From an uncultured beta proteobacterium (GTDB taxonomy: Bacteria > Pseudomonadota > Gammaproteobacteria > Burkholderiales > Burkholderiaceae): a stretch of DNA of 54,792 bases. The notes beneath the pieces are model-generated. The model was not told the DNA's origin and did not search any database. It saw nothing but the letters and a program-made list of their open reading frames with translations. The position numbers and the translations under genes are program-made. The stretch covers positions 1-54,792 of the forward strand of contig CAIMXN010000304.1 in the NCBI GenBank assembly GCA_903845455.1. The letters are read 5' to 3'. Below, piece after piece: positions 44,545-54,356 of the stretch. The stretch's first letter is position 1, and every line of letters starts with the position of its first letter.

Positions 44545-45983
44545 AAATCTTTTCAATGAAATCTAAAGCCTTTGTTTGGCTCTTGGTGGTTTTGAACATT
44601 GCCTTGGCAATGTGGGTTAATAAAGAGCTAGGTACCCCTTGGGGTTGGATACCAACCCATTTGACATTAGAACAATTACCCCGGTTTTTGGAGGTACTAG
44701 CAGGCACCCAGTTTGTCTTACTAGGTTTTACTTTAGATAGAATTTTTAGAAATTCTGTTCACTTCATCAATTCTAAGAAAAAACAAGGTCTTATTCCTGC
44801 TGTCGTAGTAGACGCTGGCTCAATAGTAATTTGTTCTTTAGTAGGCTTACTCGGCTATATCTTGTTATTCGATCAATCGATTAATACCCTGATTGCCGCT
44901 TCTGGCGCATTAGGTTTAGCGCTTGGCTATGCCTTAAGAGACATGATTGCAGATGTAGTGGCTAGCGTTACTTTGCAAACAGATCATCTCATCTCGATTG
45001 GAGATTGGATTGAGTATGCCGAATCAGGTACGCCCTGTATTGCTAAGGTCATCGAGATGGATCGTCGTTATGTGACCCTAGAAAATATTGATGGTAGAGC
45101 TTATCGGATTACTAATAATCGTTTTTTAGCGATTACTTTCGTTAATATCACACAGCACTCAGGATTTACTATCCGAGAATTAATCATCCCAGTGGATACT
45201 CAATATAACTCGGATAGAGTATTGGAGGTCTTAAGCTCTGCGATGGATTATGTATGCAGAGGGTACCCGCAGTTTAGTGCTTGGTTTAGATGCTATGTGT
45301 CACAGATTCAAATTGGTTCTGTCGCTTATAAAATTCGCTATGAGTGCAGAGAAGATGGTCAAGTTGACGAGACTAAACATTTAGTTTTAAAGCATGCGCT
45401 ACGATTTTTGAGAAGTTCTGGGATTTCATTTGACTCATCCATGCTGGTACAAAATGTGGAATCCTTACATGCCAGTAACTTTTCGCCTTTGCTCGATGTC
45501 TACCCATTTGGCATCTTGCGCGTGCTGGCTGAGGATGAGATTTCTGAACTTTCTAAAACCGTCAAATCGCTGCATTTTAATCCTGGCCAACAAGTCATTG
45601 AGCAGGGCGTTATAGCTGACAGCATGTACATTATTGCCGAGGGCTGCCTAGAAGTAATCTCTCACAATAATAAAGGTGAAAAAGTTGTTTTAGCCAACTT
45701 GTGGCCTGGTGATTGTGTCGGAGAAATGTCCTTACTCACCGGTGAGCCGCGCTCTGCTCATGTTTACGCGAGATTAAATACCCATTTAATTGAGATTACC
45801 AAAAATGAGTTAGCACCTATTTTGGCTAAGAATCCTCTGCTGGTAGAGCGTATTTCCATATTGCTGGCAGATAGAGTAGCCCATAAACAGAAGACCCTGA
45901 ATCAGTCAGCCCAAGAGAGTGTGGCTGAAGAAGTGAAGGTCTCTCTGGTGCTCAAGATTCTGAAGTTTTTTGGAAAATCTTAG
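44541..45983 (+). CDS. MscS-family channel with a C-terminal cNMP-binding domain
   Basis: ASGALGLALGYALRD..IGDWIE MscS core; canonical cNMP cassette GEMSLLTGEPRSA. Confidence 0.88.
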   Translation: MKIFSMKSKAFVWLLVVLNIALAMWVNKELGTPWGWIPTHLTLEQLPRFLEVLAGTQFVLLGFTLDRIFRNSVHFINSKKKQGLIPAVVVDAGSIVICSLVGLLGYILLFDQSINTLIAASGALGLALGYALRDMIADVVASVTLQTDHLISIGDWIEYAESGTPCIAKVIEMDRRYVTLENIDGRAYRITNNRFLAITFVNITQHSGFTIRELIIPVDTQYNSDRVLEVLSSAMDYVCRGYPQFSAWFRCYVSQIQIGSVAYKIRYECREDGQVDETKHLVLKHALRFLRSSGISFDSSMLVQNVESLHASNFSPLLDVYPFGILRVLAEDEISELSKTVKSLHFNPGQQVIEQGVIADSMYIIAEGCLEVISHNNKGEKVVLANLWPGDCVGEMSLLTGEPRSAHVYARLNTHLIEITKNELAPILAKNPLLVERISILLADRVAHKQKTLNQSAQESVAEEVKVSLVLKILKFFGKS

Positions 45984-47365
45984 AAGGGTAGTGTTGCATC
46001 TGGCTTGGCTGCAAGCAAAGCCACTTTAAATTCTGCCTGAATTCGCTCAATCGCCTCAACACTGTCAGCCTCAAAGCGCATGACCACTACAGGGGTGGTA
46101 TTCGATGGTCTGGCTAACCCAAAACCATCTGCATATTCAACTCTGACACCATCAATCGTATTGATCGACTCTGCAGTGGGGAATTTGGCATTGGCCTTAA
46201 TCGTTTCTAGTAGAGAAAATGGTTCGCCCTCGACACAGGCCAGTTGCAGTTCTGGCGTACAAATGGCATTTGGTAAAGTATTTAGGGTCTGATTAGGATC
46301 GGTTTCTTTTGAGAGGATTTCTAATAAGCGTGCACCTGTATACAGACCATCATCAAAGCCAAACCAGCGATCTTTAAAAAAGATATGCCCACTCATTTCA
46401 CCAGCAAGAGGCGCGCCTGTTTCTTTGAGTTTGGCCTTGACTAAAGAGTGTCCCGTTTTCCACATGAGCGGCTGACCACCATATTGTTTAATCCAGGTCG
46501 CTAAGTTGCGGGTGCACTTCACGTCATAAATAATTTGGCCGCCAGGATTGCGCGATAAAACATCTTTGGCAAAGAGCATCATTTGACGATCAGGGAAAAT
46601 CACTTGACCATCTTTGGTAACAACGCCCAAGCGATCAGCATCTCCATCAAAGGCAAGCCCTAATTCGTTATCAGTAGTTTGCAGGTTTTTAATCAGATCT
46701 TGCAGGTTTTCAATATGGGCTGGGTCAGGGTGGTGGTTGGGGAAATGACCATCCACCTCGCAAAACAGTTCTTCTACTTCGCAACCTAAGGCTCTAAAGA
46801 GTTTGCCAGCAAATGCACCACCAACCCCGTTGCCACAATCTATTGCGATCTTGATAGGGCGGGCTAATTTAACATCGCCAATAATGCGCTCCAAATACAT
46901 CGGAAAGATATCAAAGGTACTGCGAGTTCCTTGGCCAGAGCTAAATTTTTTAGCTTCAATGCGTTGGCGCAATGCCTGAATTTGCTCGCCATAGATGGCT
47001 GCACCACCCAAGACCATTTTGAAACCGTTGTAGTTGGGTGGATTATGACTACCGGTAATCATGATGCCGGATTTTGGCTGCTTACCATTGAGCACTTGAT
47101 TCGCCCCGAAATACACCATTGGTGTTGCCACCATTCCCAAATCAATCACGTGAATGCCAGTCGAGAGCAGGCCTTCGGTTAATGCTGCAATGAGGCTAGG
47201 ACCTGATAAGCGACCATCTCGCCCAATCACGATTTCTGTTTCACCAAGCTCGCGCATTTCAGTACCAAAGGCTTGGCCAATGAGTTTAGCGATGGAGGGG
47301 TCTAAGGTCTCATCAATAATTCCACGAATGTCATAAGCTTTAAAAATGGATGGTGATAGTTGCAC
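45980..47365 (-). CDS. algC: Phosphomannomutase/phosphoglucomutase
   Basis: FKAYDIRG, TGSHNP, FDGDADR, AGEMSGH, RPSNT. Confidence 0.95.
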   Translation of the reverse strand: MQLSPSIFKAYDIRGIIDETLDPSIAKLIGQAFGTEMRELGETEIVIGRDGRLSGPSLIAALTEGLLSTGIHVIDLGMVATPMVYFGANQVLNGKQPKSGIMITGSHNPPNYNGFKMVLGGAAIYGEQIQALRQRIEAKKFSSGQGTRSTFDIFPMYLERIIGDVKLARPIKIAIDCGNGVGGAFAGKLFRALGCEVEELFCEVDGHFPNHHPDPAHIENLQDLIKNLQTTDNELGLAFDGDADRLGVVTKDGQVIFPDRQMMLFAKDVLSRNPGGQIIYDVKCTRNLATWIKQYGGQPLMWKTGHSLVKAKLKETGAPLAGEMSGHIFFKDRWFGFDDGLYTGARLLEILSKETDPNQTLNTLPNAICTPELQLACVEGEPFSLLETIKANAKFPTAESINTIDGVRVEYADGFGLARPSNTTPVVVMRFEADSVEAIERIQAEFKVALLAAKPDATLPF

Positions 47366-47382
47366 TTGTAATCCTAGTTTTA

Positions 47383-47754
47383 TTAGTGAGCAATCTCAAT
47401 GATCGAATTTAATCCCTCACACGCCTCTTGAAAAAGGACTGGTGGCAGAGCCTTCCAGGGGTGAGGTCTTGCAGCGCGTTGACGCCAATCAAATGATTTG
47501 GGCTGGTGAGTCAAAATATAAAGCGGCTCGCCACGACCGATGGAAAATTGAATGGCAAACGGGTTTGTTGCATTCGATTGAGCATGCGTCATTGGTAGAC
47601 CAATAACAATACCTGTTTTTTCATTAAATGCTTTTGGAGAAATCACGAGCAGGGGGTGCTCATCTTTCATTTCTTTACCTGATTGTGGATTAAAGTTAAT
47701 CCAGATCATGTCTCTGCGTTCAGGCACCCAAGCTGTTAATTTTTCCACCATCAA
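47383..47754 (-). CDS. mazF: MazF/PemK-family toxin
   Basis: WVPERRDMIWINFNPQSGKEM..HPLLVISPKAFN, GLPMT, SFDWRQR. Confidence 0.9.
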   Translation of the reverse strand: MMVEKLTAWVPERRDMIWINFNPQSGKEMKDEHPLLVISPKAFNEKTGIVIGLPMTHAQSNATNPFAIQFSIGRGEPLYILTHQPKSFDWRQRAARPHPWKALPPVLFQEACEGLNSIIEIAH

Positions 47755-48011
47755 ATAATTTCTTTCCCGATGGGTTTTGATGCCATGATTTCACCGCCAT
47801 GTTGTTCTGGGTTAAACATTTTGAGTTTTTGCTTCAGACTGAGTTTAGGTTTACCAAGCACCCTGAGTAATACCCCGTGCTGAACAACCTCAACAGAAAT
47901 AGGGACGCCTTGCGCTAAATGGGCTGCCTTAGCTATCGGTGAGGTAATCCTTACACCTAAGCCATTACCCCATTCTTGGATCGTTTGTTCTACCTTGAGT
48001 ACTGGAGCCAT
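47751..48011 (-). CDS. mazE: AbrB/MazE-family antitoxin
   Basis: IQEWGNGLGVRI; ATG at 48011 with GGGAG RBS; overlaps the toxin start. Confidence 0.88.
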   Translation of the reverse strand: MAPVLKVEQTIQEWGNGLGVRITSPIAKAAHLAQGVPISVEVVQHGVLLRVLGKPKLSLKQKLKMFNPEQHGGEIMASKPIGKEII

Positions 48012-48028
48012 ATTTACTCCCAATTAAA

Positions 48029-48048
48029 TGTTTATACAAGTTTAAACA
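48029..48048. promoter_or_regulatory. Putative TA autorepression operator
   Basis: TGTTTATAC-AA-GTTTAAACA inverted repeat built from two near-palindromic 10-mers, just upstream of the antitoxin. Confidence 0.6.
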
Positions 48049-48095
48049 ATAATGCGCAGCATGTCAATGCGATGAGCTTAGTGTGCTATGCAGAG

Positions 48096-49622
48096 CTAGG
48101 AATTTAAGAAGTTGATGCGAGAGGCAGTCACCGCATCAATACTATCGCTCGCTTGAATGTCAGCTTGATGACTTGCCAGTGCTTGCTCAATTGGCTTGGC
48201 TAAGACTTTGCCATATTCCACACCAGGCTGATCAAAGCTATTGATATTCCAAAGCGCACCCAGGGTGGCGGCACGGTTCTCATAAAGAGCAAGCAGGGCG
48301 CCTAAGTAGAAGGCATTGAGTTCAGGTAATAGGAGTAAGTTGCTGGGGCGATTGCCGGGGTAGACATCATTGGGATGATCAGCTACTTTGCCATGGGCTA
48401 AAGCCTGCGCTTGAGCTAAGCAATTGGAGAGCAGAATGCGATGGTGCTCAATGGCTTCTGGTCTAGTACTCATGGGCTTGCGGATGGCAATGAAATCAAC
48501 TGGAATGATTTCAGTCCCTTGGTGGAGGAGTTGGAAGTAAGAATGCTGCGCATTACTACCCGCACTTCCAAACACGACTGGAGAAGAGTGTTTCACGGGA
48601 TTGCCATCACGATCAACACTCTTACCATTGCTTTCCATATCGAGTTGCTGCAACCACTTTGGAAACAAATCTAAAGCATCTGCGTAGGGAATGGCAGCGT
48701 AAGCTTTAATGCCCCGCTTCTTTTGTTGATGTAGCAAGGCCAATGCCATGATGACAGGCAAATTATCCTCAAGACGAGTATTTTTAAAGTGCAGATCCAT
48801 GGCATGGGCGCCAGCTAAGAACTCTTCAAAGGTCTTAAAGCCATGTTGTAGAGCAATTGGTAAACCAACCGCAGACCAGACCGAGTAGCGTCCACCTACC
48901 CAATCCCAAAAAGGGTAAATATTTTCTTCTTCAATACCGAATGCCTTAGCAGCAGAAACGTTAGCTGTGACAGCAAAGAGTGAGTGAGCAATTTGATTCT
49001 TGGTGCAACCACTATCTTGTAACCAAGCTAATACAGCCTTGGCATTCATAGTGGTTTCTAAAGTCGTAAAGGATTTGGAAACAATGATGACGCGCGTGCT
49101 ATTAGGCTGCGCGCGGTCTAGAATGCGGGCTAATTCAGCAGTATCAATATTGGCTAAGAAGTGCATGCGCATGTTGCGACTATCAATACCTGGGACATGG
49201 GCTAATGCTTGGATTGCTAAGCGAGGACCAAAATCGGACCCACCAATACCAATGTGAATGACATCGGTTACACCCACCCACTTATTGCAGAGGGCCTCTA
49301 TTCGACGCCAGACATCAGTCACTGCTGGCATTACATCCTGACCATCTAATACAACCGGAACTCTCGAAAGATTTCTGAGGGCAGAGTGGAGTACAGGGCG
49401 ATCTTCACTCTGGTTGATATGTTTTCCAGCAAACATGTCTGCTATAAATTCTTCCACCTGATTTTTACGGGCCAGCGTGAATAGCTTTTTCCACTCCGCC
49501 TCATTAATGGACTGATAGGCAGTATCCAGCACCACATCAACCGCAATGTGAGAACCATTGGGAAGACTATTGGACAGAGTATTTTTAGTCTGCAGGGGCT
49601 TGGAACGGGGTCTAGTAGACAT
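48096..49622 (-). CDS. pgi: Glucose-6-phosphate isomerase
   Basis: IGIGGSDFGP, SKSFTTLET, DWVGGRYSVWS, QQLDMESNGK, NSFDQPGVEYGK. Confidence 0.97.
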   Translation of the reverse strand: MSTRPRSKPLQTKNTLSNSLPNGSHIAVDVVLDTAYQSINEAEWKKLFTLARKNQVEEFIADMFAGKHINQSEDRPVLHSALRNLSRVPVVLDGQDVMPAVTDVWRRIEALCNKWVGVTDVIHIGIGGSDFGPRLAIQALAHVPGIDSRNMRMHFLANIDTAELARILDRAQPNSTRVIIVSKSFTTLETTMNAKAVLAWLQDSGCTKNQIAHSLFAVTANVSAAKAFGIEEENIYPFWDWVGGRYSVWSAVGLPIALQHGFKTFEEFLAGAHAMDLHFKNTRLEDNLPVIMALALLHQQKKRGIKAYAAIPYADALDLFPKWLQQLDMESNGKSVDRDGNPVKHSSPVVFGSAGSNAQHSYFQLLHQGTEIIPVDFIAIRKPMSTRPEAIEHHRILLSNCLAQAQALAHGKVADHPNDVYPGNRPSNLLLLPELNAFYLGALLALYENRAATLGALWNINSFDQPGVEYGKVLAKPIEQALASHQADIQASDSIDAVTASRINFLNS

Positions 49623-49721
49623 TGTTAGATTTTATCAAGAAGGGCACCCAATCTCATAAAAGACGCAAAATGATAGGATTTCTGTATATTCAAGCTAATC
49701 AATATAGGGTGGGGCAAGCGG

Positions 49722-50858
49722 ATGGAGCAAGTGGACTGTGTAGTCATAGGCGCTGGGGTAGTCGGTTTGGCGGTGGCGCGAGAAATGGCACTACAGGGTC
49801 GCGAAACTATCCTCTTAGAAAGAGAAAATGCTTTTGGCACGGTGAGCAGTGCTCGTAATAGTGAAGTGATTCATGCTGGTATTTATTATCCCAAGGATTC
49901 ACTAAAGGCAAAGCTTTGCGTTGAGGGCAATCGATTGCTCTATGAGTATTGCCGTAGCCACCAAGTAGGGACCCAGCCTTATGGAAAGTTAATCGTAGCG
50001 AGCAATGCAGCGCAGATCGATGACCTGCAAGCTATTTTGTATAAGGCAGAACAAAACCATGTGCCTGAAATCAAGCTGATTTCAGGAGCGCAGGCCACAA
50101 TTTTGGAACCTCAACTCAAGTGTTCAGCAGCCATCCTGTCATCATCGACTGGCATTGTGGATAGCCATGGATTGATGCTGTCTTACCTGGGTGGTTTTGA
50201 AGATGCCGGAGGTATGGTGGCTTACCAATCACCTTTATTAAGTGCTAAACCTTTGGGAAATAATGCGGTCGGCGGATATGAGTTGGAGATTAGCGGCGTT
50301 GATGGTATGAAGATCCAAACCAAACTACTGATCAATTGTGCTGGTATGAGTGCGCCTGCAGTTGCCCAGAAAATAGTAGGCCTACCTAGCGAGCAAATTC
50401 CTAAAGCCTATTTTGCCAAGGGAAACTATTTTTCCTTATCTGGAAAATCACCATTTCATCATCTAATCTATCCCATCCCAGAGCCCGGCGGTCTTGGAGT
50501 GCATCTCACCTTGGATATGGGTGGCCAAGCAAAGTTTGGTCCTGATGTTGAGTGGCTCGCAATTGAAAGTGAAGAGCAGATTGATTACACCGTTAACCCT
50601 GAGCGGGGTGAAGGTTTTTATGAGGCAGTGCGTCAGTATTGGCCAGGCTTAAAAGATGGGGCTTTGCAGCCTGACTATTCTGGTGTGAGGGCAAAAATTA
50701 TGCCCCCCAATACGCCAGCAGGAGACTTTTGTTTTAATGCTCCCCAGAATCACGGCCTGCATGGTTTATTTAATCTTTATGGGTTTGAGTCCCCAGGATT
50801 AACCTCAAGCCTTGCCATTGCCAAGCATTTAGAAGAGCAAATCAAAAGTTCTTTATAA
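49722..50858 (+). CDS. lhgO: FAD-dependent oxidoreductase, L-2-hydroxyglutarate oxidase family
   Basis: GAGVVG, SARNSEVIHAGIYY, GLGVHLT, FGPD, ESPGLTSS. Confidence 0.88.
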   Translation: MEQVDCVVIGAGVVGLAVAREMALQGRETILLERENAFGTVSSARNSEVIHAGIYYPKDSLKAKLCVEGNRLLYEYCRSHQVGTQPYGKLIVASNAAQIDDLQAILYKAEQNHVPEIKLISGAQATILEPQLKCSAAILSSSTGIVDSHGLMLSYLGGFEDAGGMVAYQSPLLSAKPLGNNAVGGYELEISGVDGMKIQTKLLINCAGMSAPAVAQKIVGLPSEQIPKAYFAKGNYFSLSGKSPFHHLIYPIPEPGGLGVHLTLDMGGQAKFGPDVEWLAIESEEQIDYTVNPERGEGFYEAVRQYWPGLKDGALQPDYSGVRAKIMPPNTPAGDFCFNAPQNHGLHGLFNLYGFESPGLTSSLAIAKHLEEQIKSSL

Positions 50859-50891
50859 TCGATGACTTAAATCCAATCAGGATTTAATCAT

Positions 50892-50981
50892 GGAAGAGTG
50901 GCAGAGCGGTTGAATGCACCAGTCTTGAAAACTGGCGAGGATGAAAGTCCTCCGTGAGTTCGAATCTCACCTCTTCCGCCA
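50892..50981 (+). tRNA. tRNA-Ser (anticodon TGA)
   Basis: GGAAGAG/CTCTTCC acceptor stem, CCAGT-CTTGAAA-ACTGG anticodon arm, long variable arm, GTTCGAATC, encoded CCA. Confidence 0.97.
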
Positions 50982-51059
50982 AGTTTCATCAGTATCCAGA
51001 TTGGGGTGAGGATAGTGCGGTGAAAGTTAGCCTTTACCATCTACACAAACAAAGTTTAA

Positions 51060-52649
51060 TTATTTATTTGCAGAAAATTTATTGTTGACGGGTAAGTGCA
51101 CCACATAGACTCCCACCTTTTCTTTTGATGGGTATGCTTTTTCAATGGCATCTGCCAGTGTAGGTGTGTAACGCTGATCAAATATAAAATCTCCTCTGTC
51201 TCCGTGGGTAATTATCATGCTGAATTCGCCATCACGAATTCGATCAGCAAGTGGCTGGGGATTCCAAAGTCCTGCACGCTCTAATTGAGCAAAAATAGCC
51301 GACTCCCACATTACCGATTTGCCACTTCGATGGAGTAATACCATTTCGTCTGAAATTACAGGCTTTTTGGAATTCTTTATTATGTGGGCAAGACTTTCAA
51401 GCCTATTTTTTTCTTCAGGGAGATTATCTAAAATGCTCTTGCTTTTAATTTGATAGGTAAATAAAAAAACATGCAGGGCTACCAAAAGTGGCAAAGTAAA
51501 ACTTCGAAGTTGAAAGCTGCGCATGCTTTCTTCAATTTCCATGCAATTTGCCGTATTGAGGGGTATGACAGAATCAGAAAGCATTATTCCCAGCAATAAA
51601 ATACATGCTAGAAACCATTCCATTGTGTAATTTATTCCTGCACCTTCTTTAGTAATCAAGAGCAATGAAACCGTAGCAAAAAGAAAATATATAAAAATTG
51701 CCAAAAAAGTAATCGTCGATTGATCAAAGAGGATGGCTTCTCTGATACTTTTAGTACCCCTACAATTAAGGTAGTAAAAAAACTTTCTCAGGCCAGTAAT
51801 GATTGTAATTATGGAGAGCAGTACAAAAAGCAAATGTGCTCTCAACCCCTCCATTAGCATGGATAGTCTTCTCAGGTCAAAGGTATTGATGTTATATATA
51901 AAAATATGATTTAAAAATTTCCCTCCTAAGGTGAACAGCAAAACACCTAGGGTCAATAACCCTAAGAATAAACACGTAGCAATTCCCTTTAAAGCTAGCC
52001 TGGGATAAAGCCACAATAAAAGGCTGAAGAGGGATAGTGGGGCAAAAATAGAATTTTGCTTGGTAAATACAGCCAAAACAAAAAACAAAGCCGCTAAATA
52101 AATCCATTTGCATTTTTCTAAAGACTTAAGCCCTAACCAAAAACCAGTGATAGTAAAAAGTAAAGCCAACATATCTACTCGCATTAACTGTGACCACGTT
52201 ATTATTGGATATGCGCTGAGAATTAGTAGCCCCGAAGATGTGCAAATAATTATTCGATATATTGGGGGTGTATTGGGTGGTGTTGCCCTATTTGTAATTA
52301 GAGCGATGATTAACGCAATGAGTAATGTCGAGCAAATAGAAATGAGTCGCCCCGTAAGAAGAACATCACTATTGCAGAGGGTTGCAAGAGTTATTGCAAC
52401 AGAGTGATATATTGGCGTATAGTGAAACACAATAGCTGGAAATTGATCGATTGGACCATAAGCATTTGGTGTAAATATGTCTAAAGCCTGTTGCCAGATA
52501 ATCCCCTCGCCATAATCCAAGCTAAAAGGAAATACACTTAAGTAAAGACTTTGGTGAATAAAAAAAACCAAAGAGTAAATACAAGCTGTAAGTAGTGCAA
52601 TAAGAGAAAAAAAGGTCGTTGCCCGATGACTCATTTTGGTTTGGCGCAA
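51060..52649 (-). CDS. ArnT/PMT-like GT-C membrane glycosyltransferase
   Basis: PFSLDYGEG loop after TM1, YTPIY, GRLIS, RVDMLA, FTKQN; many TM segments; AT-rich. Confidence 0.75.
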   Translation of the reverse strand: MRQTKMSHRATTFFSLIALLTACIYSLVFFIHQSLYLSVFPFSLDYGEGIIWQQALDIFTPNAYGPIDQFPAIVFHYTPIYHSVAITLATLCNSDVLLTGRLISICSTLLIALIIALITNRATPPNTPPIYRIIICTSSGLLILSAYPIITWSQLMRVDMLALLFTITGFWLGLKSLEKCKWIYLAALFFVLAVFTKQNSIFAPLSLFSLLLWLYPRLALKGIATCLFLGLLTLGVLLFTLGGKFLNHIFIYNINTFDLRRLSMLMEGLRAHLLFVLLSIITIITGLRKFFYYLNCRGTKSIREAILFDQSTITFLAIFIYFLFATVSLLLITKEGAGINYTMEWFLACILLLGIMLSDSVIPLNTANCMEIEESMRSFQLRSFTLPLLVALHVFLFTYQIKSKSILDNLPEEKNRLESLAHIIKNSKKPVISDEMVLLHRSGKSVMWESAIFAQLERAGLWNPQPLADRIRDGEFSMIITHGDRGDFIFDQRYTPTLADAIEKAYPSKEKVGVYVVHLPVNNKFSANK

Positions 52650-53266
52650 ATAAGCATTTGTTTTCCAAAGGGCTTAAAGGGAAAACTAAGATATAGACCT
52701 ATAAGGAGTGGGTGAGCAGGTATGCTAGATTTGATGGTTAGGGGAAGAAATCGTGGCTCAACTTTGCTTACCTCATAGCCATTAGCAATTAAAAAGTCAG
52801 ATAGACTAATGTGTGACCAAATTGAAATATGCGTGTAATCATCAAAATATTCCGAAGAACAGTAGCGATAATTTGGTTGAATAATGGTTAACTTACCTTT
52901 GCTAGTAAGTTTGTTTTTTAAATTGACTAGCAGATTGCTTAGCTCATCCTGAGTCATATGCTCGAAGACATTGCTTGCAAATGCAAAGTCTACACTTGAA
53001 TTTTCTATATCTGAGAGATCTGTGAGTTTTGTGATGATGGTTTCGATGCCTGGCGATATATGCTTAGGAAAATCCTTCCATAAATCAATAGCAATACGCC
53101 TTTTTGCTTTTACATTATTTATAAAATTTCCATATCCACAGCCTAGATCTAGGACGGTATCATCTTTATCAATTTGATATTGAAAGTAATAATTCCATAG
53201 CGCCTTCCATAGGACCTCTCTTTTGGAGTCTTCTTTAAATCTAATCTGATGATATATATCAGTCAT
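52631..53266 (-). CDS. Class I SAM-dependent methyltransferase
   Basis: VLDLGCGYG, FASNVFEH, PN..YFDDYTH. ATG at 53266 preferred. Confidence 0.88.
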   Translation of the reverse strand: MTDIYHQIRFKEDSKREVLWKALWNYYFQYQIDKDDTVLDLGCGYGNFINNVKAKRRIAIDLWKDFPKHISPGIETIITKLTDLSDIENSSVDFAFASNVFEHMTQDELSNLLVNLKNKLTSKGKLTIIQPNYRYCSSEYFDDYTHISIWSHISLSDFLIANGYEVSKVEPRFLPLTIKSSIPAHPLLIGLYLSFPFKPFGKQMLICAKPK

Positions 53267-54242
53267 ATCGCTTTTTCCATCCAAAAATAATTCCATTAAG
53301 CATCATTAATCCAACTATAAAGCCCCTCCAATTATTAATATTTCCACCTTTACTTACACCAACTCTAGGATGAAATGTAATTGGGCATTCGACCAAAATA
53401 ATATTATTGTCAATAGCAAAGTCCATAAAATGGGCATTGAATTCCAAATTGATATTGGGATTAACTAGTGGAAGTAATTTTTTAAGGGACTCGCGTCGAC
53501 ATAGCTTAAAGGTTGTACCCACATCAGTTAAAGTGCACCGACCAAAGTGTTTCACTTCGAGGATTTTTGCTACGAAGATATTTCCATAAAGCATAAATGT
53601 GCTAAGTTGAGTAGAGTATTGGCGCAATCTTTCGGAAGTACGAGTTCCAATGGCTATATCAGCATGAGGTATGTAAGCTAAAAGTTTCTCTATATCAAAC
53701 GAACGGAATGTAAGATCACCTTCACACAAGACAATTAATTCAGCATCCTCAAATTTTAAAGCTTCAGTGAGGCATCGATAGACACATTGACCGTAACCAA
53801 TTTTTTCTTCGTTAAAAGTTATTGCACCAGCATTTTTAGCGCGTTCAAGTGTTTTATCGTTACTGTTATTGCTTACTACAATAACTCGATCGACATTGGG
53901 ATGTGATTTAAAGTCTGAAACTACTTCGGCAATGCTTTCTTCATCATTGTATGCAGTAAGTACAACAGTTACGGTGCGCTTTTTAAGAGGAGTTTCTCTT
54001 AGTTGATTTCCTAAGCGCCTGTTGTTGAAAAGTAGAAAAAAATCTATACATGCGAATATAAGACTAATAACAATTGGAATCCCGCTATACCAAACTAGAA
54101 ACTCTTGAATCTCAAGAAAAAAATGAAGGTTTAGTAGATATCGAGGTATGCTGAGAAGCACACCTATTAAATAAGTAAGGATACCGACAATAAAAAATAC
54201 TGATCCACATAGCAGGAATGGAAAATAGCGTTTTCTTTTCAT
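53259..54242 (-). CDS. GT2 (DPM1/GtrB-like polyprenol-phosphate) glycosyltransferase with N-terminal TMs
   Basis: VVLTAYNDEESI, VIVVSNNSND, GYG, LCEGDLTF, TDVGTTFK, ECPITFHPRVGVSK. Confidence 0.85.
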   Translation of the reverse strand: MKRKRYFPFLLCGSVFFIVGILTYLIGVLLSIPRYLLNLHFFLEIQEFLVWYSGIPIVISLIFACIDFFLLFNNRRLGNQLRETPLKKRTVTVVLTAYNDEESIAEVVSDFKSHPNVDRVIVVSNNSNDKTLERAKNAGAITFNEEKIGYGQCVYRCLTEALKFEDAELIVLCEGDLTFRSFDIEKLLAYIPHADIAIGTRTSERLRQYSTQLSTFMLYGNIFVAKILEVKHFGRCTLTDVGTTFKLCRRESLKKLLPLVNPNINLEFNAHFMDFAIDNNIILVECPITFHPRVGVSKGGNINNWRGFIVGLMMLNGIIFGWKKRYD

Positions 54243-54356
54243 GGCTACAGAATAAATCAATTATGTAATTACATTCATTATGTGTAATTTACTTAATAAA
54301 TTTTTACTCTTAATCCTGAGGGGGGTTTGGTTCATTTTCCTAGCAATACCTACAAT

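Noticed and set aside
542-53589. Numerous 60-145 aa antisense or alternate-frame ORFs (e.g. 10670-11065, 22425-22859, 26765-27193, 41644-42039)
   Set aside because: They lie within or largely overlap well-supported genes and show typical shadow-ORF composition.
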